From a virus (taxonomy: Duplodnaviria > Caudoviricetes): a DNA stretch of 58,918 nt. The DNA lies in IMG/VR virus record IMGVR_UViG_3300030450_002092, positions 1 to 58,918 of that record, one strand, 5' to 3'. Numbering within the stretch: position 1 is the first letter of the stretch; each line of letters begins with the position of its first letter. Position numbers and translations under genes: made by a program. This document shows positions 41,220 through 49,203 of this stretch, one piece after another. The notes beneath the pieces are model-generated. The model had not been told where the DNA came from. It was given only the letters and a program-made list of their open reading frames with translations, and ran no database searches.

Positions 41220-41618
41220 TTAAAAATTTAGAAACATGTCTTTCGCCATGTCTTCAAAGATGGTTTTTTCTAGCTTTTTTAAATCTAAACTAACCTCTAG
41301 TTCTTTCTGGTAGTTTAAAGCATAATGAGATTCGGGCAGCATTTGAATAATAAATCCGCCCGCATATCTAATAACTTCTTTGGAGTTGGGTAATAGTTTA
41401 AATCCTAAATCCACTACGCTCACATCGTGGTCTCTATATAGGTGTAGATACGTGTTCATAGTCATTATTTGGCCAGTACTTCTAAAAGTAGTTAGGCTGA
41501 TTCTTCCTTTGTCTATTGATTGTTGTAGCTTTTGTATAACTTTTTTACGTGGTGTTTTTTGTGATTTTTCTAACAGTATTTCGGCTGTTAGCATTCTTCT
41601 GGGTTTCTTGAATTTCAT
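41220..41618 (-). CDS. hypothetical protein
   Basis: 132 aa, early region. Confidence 0.55.
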   Translation of the reverse strand: MKFKKPRRMLTAEILLEKSQKTPRKKVIQKLQQSIDKGRISLTTFRSTGQIMTMNTYLHLYRDHDVSVVDLGFKLLPNSKEVIRYAGGFIIQMLPESHYALNYQKELEVSLDLKKLEKTIFEDMAKDMFLNF

Positions 41619-41656
41619 TTGATTAAGGTTTAATTGTTGTGTAAATATAGTTTAAT

Positions 41657-41866
41657 TTATTGACAAGCTAAAATTTCTGTTCCTTTAAAATACCAATGTC
41701 CATCAATGTTAACTTTGGTGATGGAGGTGATATTAAATTTTTTTCTTCTCTCTTTTCTTTTTAAACTATCTGCTTTATATTTCTTCAGCTGACGCTCTAA
41801 AGATTTGACGCGTTGCTTCAGTATAAGCTTTTCTGTTATTAGTTCTGCTTTTCTATTTAATTCCAT
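41657..41866 (-). CDS. hypothetical basic protein
   Basis: 69 aa. Confidence 0.5.
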   Translation of the reverse strand: MELNRKAELITEKLILKQRVKSLERQLKKYKADSLKRKERRKKFNITSITKVNIDGHWYFKGTEILACQ

Positions 41867-41944
41867 AGCATAAGTATTATTAGTGTGATGACTACTCCCG
41901 CATATGACAAAGCGAGAAACTTCATATTGTTTTCATATTTTTTA

Positions 41945-42166
41945 TTATCCATTTTTTTTGAGTTTATATTTTGACATATCGTTTTTAATCCCGCGTACAA
42001 ATTTTGCTTTGTACCTCCGCTCCTTTTCCATAAAGTAGGCGACCTTGAGGTTTACTTTTTCTTCCTTACCACTATACCTAAAGTAGTTGTCAAATTCTCT
42101 TACGTTTCTTTTATACTCTTGTTTCAGCCCTTGTTCGTGCAAGAGTTCTAGCGCTACGTGATGCAT
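41945..42166 (-). CDS. hypothetical protein
   Basis: 73 aa, coupled to the upstream ORF. Confidence 0.5.
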   Translation of the reverse strand: MHHVALELLHEQGLKQEYKRNVREFDNYFRYSGKEEKVNLKVAYFMEKERRYKAKFVRGIKNDMSKYKLKKNG

Positions 42167-42393
42167 TATCCTACGCTTATTGTTGAGCGAGTAACATTAC
42201 ATCTATCTACCATATTCCAATAGTGGTCGTAATATTTATCGAACACTTCTTGTGCTTCAGGGGTGTATTCTGTGTGAGTTCCGCAGTCAACGTTTATATC
42301 TGAATCGGTTTTTCCCTCTGCGTAAAAGTCTTTGATTGTTCTATTGCTTGCAAGTGCGCAGCAAAGTTCTATTTGATTGATTTCTATATACAT
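42166..42393 (-). CDS. hypothetical protein
   Basis: 75 aa, first gene after the promoter at 42419-42453. Confidence 0.55.
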   Translation of the reverse strand: MYIEINQIELCCALASNRTIKDFYAEGKTDSDINVDCGTHTEYTPEAQEVFDKYYDHYWNMVDRCNVTRSTISVG

Positions 42394-42418
42394 AAGTTTA
42401 GTTTGATTGGTTTATAAT

Positions 42419-42453
42419 AGACAAAGGTACAACAATATTTAGACATAGCCAAA
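42419..42453 (-). promoter_or_regulatory. full Bacteroidota sigma-A type promoter (TTTG-N20-TACCTTTG)
   Basis: Both -33 and -7 elements at canonical spacing; 29/35 identical to 45125-45159. Confidence 0.8.
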
Positions 42454-42473
42454 TTTCATTGTACCTTTTTCAG

Positions 42474-42493
42474 ATTGGTCGCTTGCGACTAAT
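42474..42493 (+). repeat. dispersed palindrome copy 4 (ATTGGTCG CTTG CGACTAAT)
   Basis: About 20 bp upstream of a promoter -33 element; overlaps the TAG of 42489..42734. Confidence 0.85.
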
Positions 42494-42734
42494 CGTTGTC
42501 TGCTCGTGCTTGCTCCAGTGCCTTGCTGTAAAAATAAGATTCGTGATTGTCGAGAAAGTCCCAGTAAAAATCTGTGATATCTATATTGTTTAGTTCGACA
42601 CTTTGTATCGATAGGTCTTCTTCGGGTGGTTGGTCGTAGTCGTGCGACATATCATCGTAGTAGTATTTATATTCTATTACTATACAATAGTTGTCGCCTT
42701 CCACAACGCAAGTTCCATATTTAGTTATAGGCAT
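42489..42734 (-). CDS. hypothetical acidic protein
   Basis: 81 aa. Confidence 0.55.
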   Translation of the reverse strand: MPITKYGTCVVEGDNYCIVIEYKYYYDDMSHDYDQPPEEDLSIQSVELNNIDITDFYWDFLDNHESYFYSKALEQARADND

Positions 42735-42751
42735 AATTTTAATTTAATTGA

Positions 42752-43003
42752 TTAATAAAATATCCACATCGCAACATAGAATATAAACCATAACATTAAT
42801 AAGAATATTACGTGTATTGCTGTTTGCGTGTAGTTGATTTGGTTGTTGTCTTTAGTTGTTTCTAATTCTTGTAAGTGTCCGACTAGCCTATCTAATCCAC
42901 TGCAAACGCCTTTGTGTTCGGCAGAGGTATGACTATCGTTTACCCACTCCTTATCTTCTTTAATATCTTTTGCGATATTTTTAATTTGTTTTATTGTTAT
43001 CAT
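42752..43003 (-). CDS. hypothetical protein with a C-terminal transmembrane helix
   Basis: 'AIHVIFLLMLWFIFYVAMWIFY'. Confidence 0.55.
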   Translation of the reverse strand: MITIKQIKNIAKDIKEDKEWVNDSHTSAEHKGVCSGLDRLVGHLQELETTKDNNQINYTQTAIHVIFLLMLWFIFYVAMWIFY

Positions 43004-43005
43004 AG

Positions 43006-43152
43006 TTATTTATTTTTTGTGATTAATTCTTTTGCTTTTTCTATTGCCTTAAACATTTGTTTATGGTGGTCGCAAATATTTTCTTTGCCCACAATTTCTT
43101 CAATATACCAAGCTGTTTCGTTTAATGTATTTATAATTTCATTTGCTTTCAT
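43006..43152 (-). CDS. small hypothetical protein (48 aa), not in ORF track
   Basis: MKANEIINTLNETAWYIEEIVGK...; fills the gap. Confidence 0.45.
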   Translation of the reverse strand: MKANEIINTLNETAWYIEEIVGKENICDHHKQMFKAIEKAKELITKNK

Positions 43153-43156
43153 AATT

Positions 43157-43327
43157 TTAATATTGTTTTAATGTCGTCCATTCGATATCAAAGTCCGACA
43201 GTTTTTCGTATTCTTCTTTGTCTCTCGTTGAGTTGTTGTCTACTATCCACTTTTCAGGGTCGTTAGTAATATCAACAATGTATGTTCTACCAGTATTTTC
43301 GGTAAATCTTATAATTGCTATTTCCAT
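43157..43327 (-). CDS. small hypothetical protein (56 aa), not in ORF track
   Basis: MEIAIIRFTENTGRTYIVDITNDPEKW...; fills the gap. Confidence 0.5.
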   Translation of the reverse strand: MEIAIIRFTENTGRTYIVDITNDPEKWIVDNNSTRDKEEYEKLSDFDIEWTTLKQY

Positions 43328-43356
43328 ATTTATTGTTTTTAATTTATTTGTTATTA

Positions 43357-43881
43357 TTATATTGCGTAATCGTGAATCTCTAAACTGTAAGCATAAGTCT
43401 TGGCCTCATTAATCTTCATTGATAAGTCTATAATTTTATTTCTTTCTGCTCTTATCTCTTTTTTAGATTCTTCAGTGCTTGCACTTTGTTCTTTTGCATT
43501 GTAAAAAATCCAAATGTTGTTGTATAATTTACTTCCTCTATATTTTTGAGAGGCCAATAATCCAGTTTTTCTAATAACTAAATTAACAATGGATTGCTCT
43601 TCTCTTGCAGCTTTTAATCTATCTATCTTGATACCATTGATTTCGTGTTTAAATGAAGCAACATAATCCATAAAATCTGACTCGTTAATCATTTTACCTA
43701 CGTTCAACATTATCTTTTTATTTTCTCCTTCGCAATAAACATAAAGACCTTTTCTTCGTAGATTGTAAAACGTTTTTGTTTCTCTAGTATTTAAATCTTT
43801 TAGTGTTAAGTTGTCGAATAATCCATTTGCAATTATAACTCTGTTAAGTAATCTTTTTTGCGCTGGTGTTAAATTTCTCAT
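43357..43881 (-). CDS. hypothetical protein
   Basis: 174 aa. Confidence 0.55.
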   Translation of the reverse strand: MRNLTPAQKRLLNRVIIANGLFDNLTLKDLNTRETKTFYNLRRKGLYVYCEGENKKIMLNVGKMINESDFMDYVASFKHEINGIKIDRLKAAREEQSIVNLVIRKTGLLASQKYRGSKLYNNIWIFYNAKEQSASTEESKKEIRAERNKIIDLSMKINEAKTYAYSLEIHDYAI

Positions 43882-43933
43882 TTGTTATTGTTTTTTTGTT
43901 ATTAATATTTAGTCAATGTAAACAAAGCAGAGG

Positions 43934-45064
43934 TTAGCTAGTAACCTCTTGCTCTGAATACATTTCATTACACACACTGCAATGATATTTTTGATTGCTG
44001 ATTTCAGTTTCATCATAGTAAACTTCTTCAAAGCAAATGTTACAATACTTTGTATTGTCATCTTCTTTGTCTGCTATTGTTGACAATGAAGAGAATAAAT
44101 CCCTACGCTCGTGGTAACGAGTAGTAGGCTCGTAAGTGTACTGCTCATAGGTTGGCTTATCAGCGTATGAGTATCGCCTTGTACCAAAGCTAAATTTGGG
44201 TGTAATTGGAAAGCTTTTATGATACTTCATATTGGTTGATGAGATACTATCGTATCTATTCCAGTTATTGTTTATAAAGTATATCCAAGCATTTACTATC
44301 GTTCCATTGTTTAGCTTGATAGGTAGTTGCCTTCTGCGATAAAAATTCGGGTGTCCCTCTAGCGAATCAAGAGCAGAAAAGGTGTCATTGTTTACCTTAT
44401 ATACTTCGACTTCTACGTGGTGTCCACTTCCGCGTTTATCTAACAAGTAAGGCAGCCCGCTGATTACTAGCGGGTACCTATCTTTTGTCGTTCCTTTGTT
44501 TACAAATCGTTGGCCATACAATAATCTGTGATTGCCCCCGCCTTTCTTTAAAGTACCATACACTGCTACAACATTGTGCTGTAACACATTGGGTTTAGAA
44601 AACCAAACTCCATTGTGTTTTATCCACATTTCTTTGTTGTAGATTTCGTATTGTCGGTTGCGTTTGTTGTAAGTAACAAATCTAGAATCGTGCTGACCTA
44701 GTACTGCTCTTCATTGCTGCCTAGCAATACCGCCTAGTTCAATAGCAAGTTGCTTGCTATCACACATATCTTGTGTTCCATACCCGCGTATAGTTCCATT
44801 GTGCATAAGCAGTTCGTTACTATTATTACCGCATATAAATGGGTGGGTGTTTGCTTTGTTAATTTTCCCTTTAGTTGCTAATCTGAAATGAGCGATATAG
44901 GGTCTGTCTGTGTCTAGTACTTTCCATTCTTTAGACTGGTAGTATTCGACTTCATTGGTATCCAGAAAAATTACGCCTAGTCCGTGAGGATTGATGCGTG
45001 AAGAATTTTTAAGTATCTCTGGCGATACTTTTTTGTCTTTCGACTTTACAATAATTATACACAT
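43934..45064 (-). CDS. class II glutamine amidotransferase / gamma-glutamylcyclotransferase / Zn-ribbon fusion, interrupted by one in-frame TGA (44711-44713)
   Basis: MCIII..NPHG..HFRLATKG..THPF..HNG (Ntn GATase); frame stays open for 27 codons after the TGA into 'WIKHNGVWFSK' and 'VAVYGTLKKG...LDSLEG' (GGCT/AIG2); C-terminal CNIC..CSVC. Confidence 0.75.
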
Positions 45065-45124
45065 AGTTTATTTGTTTGTGAGGTTTGTACTTCTAGTATT
45101 GTGTACGCTGACCTCTGATTATTT

Positions 45125-45159
45125 AGACAAAGATAAGAAAACATTTAGACATAACCAAA
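45125..45159 (-). promoter_or_regulatory. full Bacteroidota sigma-A type promoter (TTTG-N20-TATCTTTG)
   Basis: Canonical spacing; shares the TATGTCTAAAT spacer with 42419-42453. Confidence 0.8.
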
Positions 45160-45221
45160 CAATTTATGCGAAATTTTATTTCGTGTATTCTAGAAGACCG
45201 CTTCCAAATGTCTTCTTTGAA

Positions 45222-45434
45222 TTTGTGTCTCGTGTTTTTTTTTGTGTCTCGTGTTTTTTTTTACAGCTCCTCCGCTTCCAGCTTCTTTGCTTCTGTATTT
45301 GTAAATCCCCTCTGCTTCTTTGCTTCCGCTCCCCATGCGTCTGCCATGCGTCTGCCATGCGTCTGCCAATCCCGCGGGATTAGCAAAGGAGGTTCGGCAA
45401 AAAAAATTCGGTTCGGTGAAAAAAAATTCGGTTC
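45222..45434. repeat. non-coding island of mixed tandem repeats and a palindrome
   Basis: 19-mer x2 (45222-45259), GCTTCTTTGCTTC x2, CCATGCGTCTG x3 (45333-45365), palindrome AATCCCGCGGGATT (45368-45381), A8TTCGGTTC x2. Confidence 0.9.
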
Positions 45435-45439
45435 AAGGC

Positions 45440-45474
45440 AAAAAAAAAGACCGCATAAAGCGGCCTCTCTTTTT
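45440..45474 (-). terminator. intrinsic terminator closing the 48085-45487 gene trio
   Basis: On -: AGAGGCCGC-TTTAT-GCGGTCTTT followed by a T run. Confidence 0.8.
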
Positions 45475-45491
45475 GGTCGTGTACGACTAAT
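45472..45491 (+). repeat. dispersed palindrome copy 5 (TTTGGTCG TGTA CGACTAAT)
   Basis: Overlaps the TAG of 45487..46182. Confidence 0.85.
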
Positions 45492-46182
45492 TTGTGTGAA
45501 CGTATCTCTGTTCAGTTGGGATTTTTATTTCCTCAACATTTACAAAAACTCTCTTGCTACATTGTGTAAGTCTGTATAAATGTTGATTCGAAATTATGCT
45601 GCTCCCTCTAGCCCTATTGTAGTCATAAAGCGTTTTACCATTTACCCATTTTCCAGAATCAGCATAAAAGGTTAGGGCCATTGCACTTAATCTATAATAT
45701 TTTATGATATAAATTAAAAAATCTCTATCCCTCTCATCGTATCTTATTCTAGCGTGCATAAGGCGGTTAGCTTGTCTAATAGCATTGTCAATTAAGGAGT
45801 AAACCTTTTCCACAGTATGAATTTTAGGCCAGTTTAATTCTAAAAATTCTAAACTAGTGTTAATTCCGAATCGCAATTCGTTGTGTTCTGTAGGTGTGAA
45901 AAGCATTTCTATTCCTTTAAATTGCGCTTTGTTTAGCCTTAAACTTCGGCTCCCCCACGTATCTCTCGCTAAAGGAAACGAAAGTCCTTCTGCGGCCTCT
46001 AAACCATTGTTGCTACGCCTTTGACTATCAGATAAAGTTTTAACAAATTTACATCTTAACTTTTGTTCGTTGTTTGGTGTAATTTGTTGAAAGTAAAATG
46101 AATTCAAAACTTCTTGTAAGTTTCTTCTTTGCGCGCCAGTTAATTTAATACTGGTTAACATTTTGTTTGTGTGTGTACTCAT
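45487..46182 (-). CDS. hypothetical protein
   Basis: 231 aa, no motif recognised. Confidence 0.6.
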   Translation of the reverse strand: MSTHTNKMLTSIKLTGAQRRNLQEVLNSFYFQQITPNNEQKLRCKFVKTLSDSQRRSNNGLEAAEGLSFPLARDTWGSRSLRLNKAQFKGIEMLFTPTEHNELRFGINTSLEFLELNWPKIHTVEKVYSLIDNAIRQANRLMHARIRYDERDRDFLIYIIKYYRLSAMALTFYADSGKWVNGKTLYDYNRARGSSIISNQHLYRLTQCSKRVFVNVEEIKIPTEQRYVHTN

Positions 46183-46289
46183 AATATTTGTTTTTAAATT
46201 GTTTAATCTGTTTCATCGTTTTCGAATCATCAGGCACGACATTCATCGCACTACAGAGGGCAGTTTATACAGCTGCCCAGCTGTGTCAA

Positions 46290-47390
46290 TCATCTTTTGC
46301 GTGCAAAAGAGATTTCCCCTCGTTTCCACAATCGAAACGCTGTCGGTGTTGTTATCGATTTCACAACCGCTAACTCATCGCGGTGCATTCTAGCTGGATT
46401 TTGGTATCTGTTCCAAATAAAAGGCAATACAACGTGGTTAATTTTGTTAGTCATTAACATTTTTCTAAAGTGTTTTGATAACTCAATTAACATTTCAACC
46501 TTGCCCTCATCGTTGTTATACATCGATAATAAAGTTGGTTTTAACTTCTTAATCAATTTTGCATAACTCCCTCTATCATTAACAGCAAAATCAACAATAA
46601 TTTGCATTAATTTATATCTGTTAATCATTTGTTTTACGCTAGTAAATCGGCTCCATAATCTAAACTCCAGTAAACCTAATCTTGATTTCTCAAATATTGG
46701 CTGGTATTTTGTACCTCTAGCAGCGTTGATATGGTCTGATATAGATTCGCTAGTTGTTCTCGCTGTAACGTTATTGCAGCAAAACTGGTTAGCTAATCTC
46801 TTGCGGTTAAGAGCGTAAATGATTGCGTAATAAGGCCTCATCAGTTCATTTAATTCACTACTGGTATGATTTGCGCTAGCAATAGTCATATGGCCGCCAC
46901 ATCTGTAAGACCCATAGTCATTCATTTCATCTGACTGGCTGTAATTTTCATCGATTAAATACTTTGCTTTATGCATTAAATCAAATATTTTATTACGCCA
47001 TTTGCTCATTGGGATAAGTGGTAAAATATTAGTGATGGCTTCAAGTCCGCAGCTCCCATCTCTTTCAATCCCTTTCATTAATTGACAAAAATAATTCAAT
47101 TCGCTACCAGTTAAAACATCTCTAGAAATTCTCGATTTCTCTACTTCCATTCCGATAGTAAATTTTGATTTGTAAACAAACTCAGAAGATTCTAATACTC
47201 TGGTTATGTTGTTTGCTCTTTGTTTCTTTGTCATTCCAGTTAAATCAACCTCAAATTTTGTATTTGCGTAGTCCTCTGGATTCGGGCTACATTGATAAGG
47301 CTGTACAACAATTCTAGAACGCTGATTGCCATTTGAATTGGCCGCCAGCTGCTCTAGTTTGTCATACTTTTTTCCGATTAAATTTTTCAT
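46290..47390 (-). CDS. putative amidoligase (COOH-NH2 ligase family)
   Basis: 'TIGMEVE','RDGSCGLE','CGGHMT','LEFR' motif order of phage amidoligases. Confidence 0.75.
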   Translation of the reverse strand: MKNLIGKKYDKLEQLAANSNGNQRSRIVVQPYQCSPNPEDYANTKFEVDLTGMTKKQRANNITRVLESSEFVYKSKFTIGMEVEKSRISRDVLTGSELNYFCQLMKGIERDGSCGLEAITNILPLIPMSKWRNKIFDLMHKAKYLIDENYSQSDEMNDYGSYRCGGHMTIASANHTSSELNELMRPYYAIIYALNRKRLANQFCCNNVTARTTSESISDHINAARGTKYQPIFEKSRLGLLEFRLWSRFTSVKQMINRYKLMQIIVDFAVNDRGSYAKLIKKLKPTLLSMYNNDEGKVEMLIELSKHFRKMLMTNKINHVVLPFIWNRYQNPARMHRDELAVVKSITTPTAFRLWKRGEISFARKR

Positions 47391-47416
47391 TTGTGTGTGT
47401 GTTTTTAAGTTAAAAA

Positions 47417-48085
47417 TTAGTTTGAATTATTGTTAAAATTATCGTTTCCAGTATCAATTCCAGTTAAAACAGATACTCCCGCCAGTTTTGATGCTAAAAA
47501 TTGCATCGCTTTTACGATTTCATCTTGCTCATTTTTACTGGTTAACTCTAGATTTTCATCGATTCTAACAGCGATATTTCTTTCCGCATCTTGCTCCAGT
47601 TCTTTAATCTTAAAAGCTAGTGTGAAAATAGTCGGGATTGTTGCCGATACTGACTCTTCTGCATTTACTTCAAGTCCTTTGACAAATTTGTTAAAATTGT
47701 CGATAGACCTAACAACATTCTTTCCGCTCTCCTCTTCTTCTGTACATTTCGTTAAAAACTGGTTAACATAATCAGCATTTTGAGTAGTACTCTTATAAGC
47801 TTTCGCCATTCTGTTCATTTGGCTTTGCTTAACATTAAAAAACTTCATTGACATATCTTCAATACTCCAAAGAGCCAAATCGTTAGATTCAAACATTCTT
47901 TTTGTTGCTGGTTTCTTTAGCCATTTTTTGCATTCTGTAGCTAATTTTCCCATTTGAATTTTAGCTATTAATTTGCTGCTTTGGGCAGTTTCTACAGTAT
48001 CAACCAGCGCTGATATTTCTGTAAGTGTGTTCGAAAAGTTGCTATCGTTTAGCATTTCTCTTTCCATTTCTAATAAATTTCTCAT
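47417..48085 (-). CDS. hypothetical protein, first gene of the leftward (early) arm
   Basis: 222 aa; TAATTTTG element upstream at 48117-48124. Confidence 0.6.
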   Translation of the reverse strand: MRNLLEMEREMLNDSNFSNTLTEISALVDTVETAQSSKLIAKIQMGKLATECKKWLKKPATKRMFESNDLALWSIEDMSMKFFNVKQSQMNRMAKAYKSTTQNADYVNQFLTKCTEEEESGKNVVRSIDNFNKFVKGLEVNAEESVSATIPTIFTLAFKIKELEQDAERNIAVRIDENLELTSKNEQDEIVKAMQFLASKLAGVSVLTGIDTGNDNFNNNSN

Positions 48086-48274
48086 TGTTTTATATTTTTT
48101 TATGAGATTTTGCGGGCAAAATTACCCTCGAAATTACTCCTAATATTCTGCGTTTTTACTCTGAAAAACAGCGTTTTTACTCGCGTATTGTCTATTAGTT
48201 GTGCATTCATAGTTTAAATATAATCTAATTCAACCAGTTGACCAAAGGATTTTTATATTATTTTTTTGGGCTGA

Positions 48275-48294
48275 ATTGGTCGCATACGACTAAT
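48275..48294 (+). repeat. dispersed palindrome copy 6 (ATTGGTCG CATA CGACTAAT)
   Basis: In the divergent intergenic region, ~30 bp upstream of a TTTG-N20-TATATTTA promoter-like element on -. Confidence 0.85.
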
Positions 48295-48714
48295 TAAAAT
48301 TATATCTGTTGTCCAGAGTGTTAGAAATTTTATACTGGAGCGCGTTCACGTAGTTTTGTTTAGGGTGTTTTAAATGGCCTATAGATGACCTTTAATCTCT
48401 GTATAAGAGCATTAAAGTTTTAATATTTACCCCGATATTAAAATTAAATAATCATATCCCCCTATCAACCTATTAGATTAACTGGAAAAGCTAGAATAAT
48501 GAGGGCTATTCTCTGATTCTAAAATTGATTTTAACCTGTAAAACCTGATTTGGAAAAAGCTAAAAAAATCGGCAAAAAAGAAAATAAAACAGACCCCCCG
48601 CCAAACAAAAAAATTTTTTTTTCCAGCGCGACCGTAACGCGTATATCGTTAGGAAGCCTACAACCTCTATGTATCTCATATAAATTTTGTATCTTTACAA
48701 AAAAAATAAAAGTT

Positions 48715-48966
48715 ATGTCTTATCAAAAACCTAACCCGAGTCCTAAAGTGACATTGAAACAGCCTTCAGCTAATAACTATGTTGACGGTTTAGAAATTAG
48801 AAACGGTAGATTAATAAATCTTCGACCGCCATCAATGATGGGCATTGAACAAGCTGCGATGTATAGAAAAGAAATGAAGAAACAATATAAGATAGATTGT
48901 ATTGCAGACGGAATTGAAAGAGCTAAAATGAGAATGGACGGAGATAGAGATATATACGAATACTAA
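48715..48966 (+). CDS. hypothetical protein (start moved to ATG 48715)
   Basis: MSYQKPNPSP...; the upstream part of the tracked ORF is A-tract non-coding DNA. Confidence 0.6.
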   Translation: MSYQKPNPSPKVTLKQPSANNYVDGLEIRNGRLINLRPPSMMGIEQAAMYRKEMKKQYKIDCIADGIERAKMRMDGDRDIYEY

Positions 48967-48992
48967 ACTTTAGTTTGTTTGTTTGTTTGTTG

Positions 48993-49028
48993 AAAAGAGA
49001 GGGTAACATTCTGTTGTCCTCTTTTTTT
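48993..49028 (+). terminator. intrinsic terminator
   Basis: AGAGGGTAACA-TTC-TGTTGTCCTCT followed by a T run. Confidence 0.75.
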
Positions 49029-49047
49029 ATGTTAACTTTGAAATACA

Positions 49048-49126
49048 TATGTTGATTTTATGTCGGTATTATGTCGATAATAAATTTGTAAGTTATTGAT
49101 TTATAATACTTATGTCGATTATGTCG
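49048..49126 (+). repeat. iteron array B: 5x TATGT[C/T]G around an IHF-consensus site
   Basis: Units at 49048, 49059, 49070, 49111 and 49120; TAAGTTATTGATT at 49089-49101; same spacing as array A. Confidence 0.85.
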
Positions 49127-49203
49127 ATTTGAAAACGATTCTGTATTCAAATATTTTTTAAATAGTGAGTATATAAATATATATATAATAAAGAAAGTAA
49201 AAT

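Noticed and set aside
44711-44713. Genome-wide TGA or TAG reassignment, or selenocysteine
   Set aside because: TGA and TAG end many well-packed genes, long ORFs are intact in the standard code, and the position is not a catalytic Cys
45222-45434. Possible CRISPR or mini-array
   Set aside because: Repeats are of several unrelated types, mostly directly tandem, with no regular unique spacers and no cas genes
44991-45579. Tracked ORFs 44991..45383, 45166..45579 and 45176..45358
   Set aside because: Translations simply mirror DNA repeats and overlap a promoter and terminator; likely non-coding
48550-48714. N-terminal extension of ORF 48550..48966
   Set aside because: TTG start in A-tract DNA, upstream of a promoter-like element; ATG 48715 is more plausible
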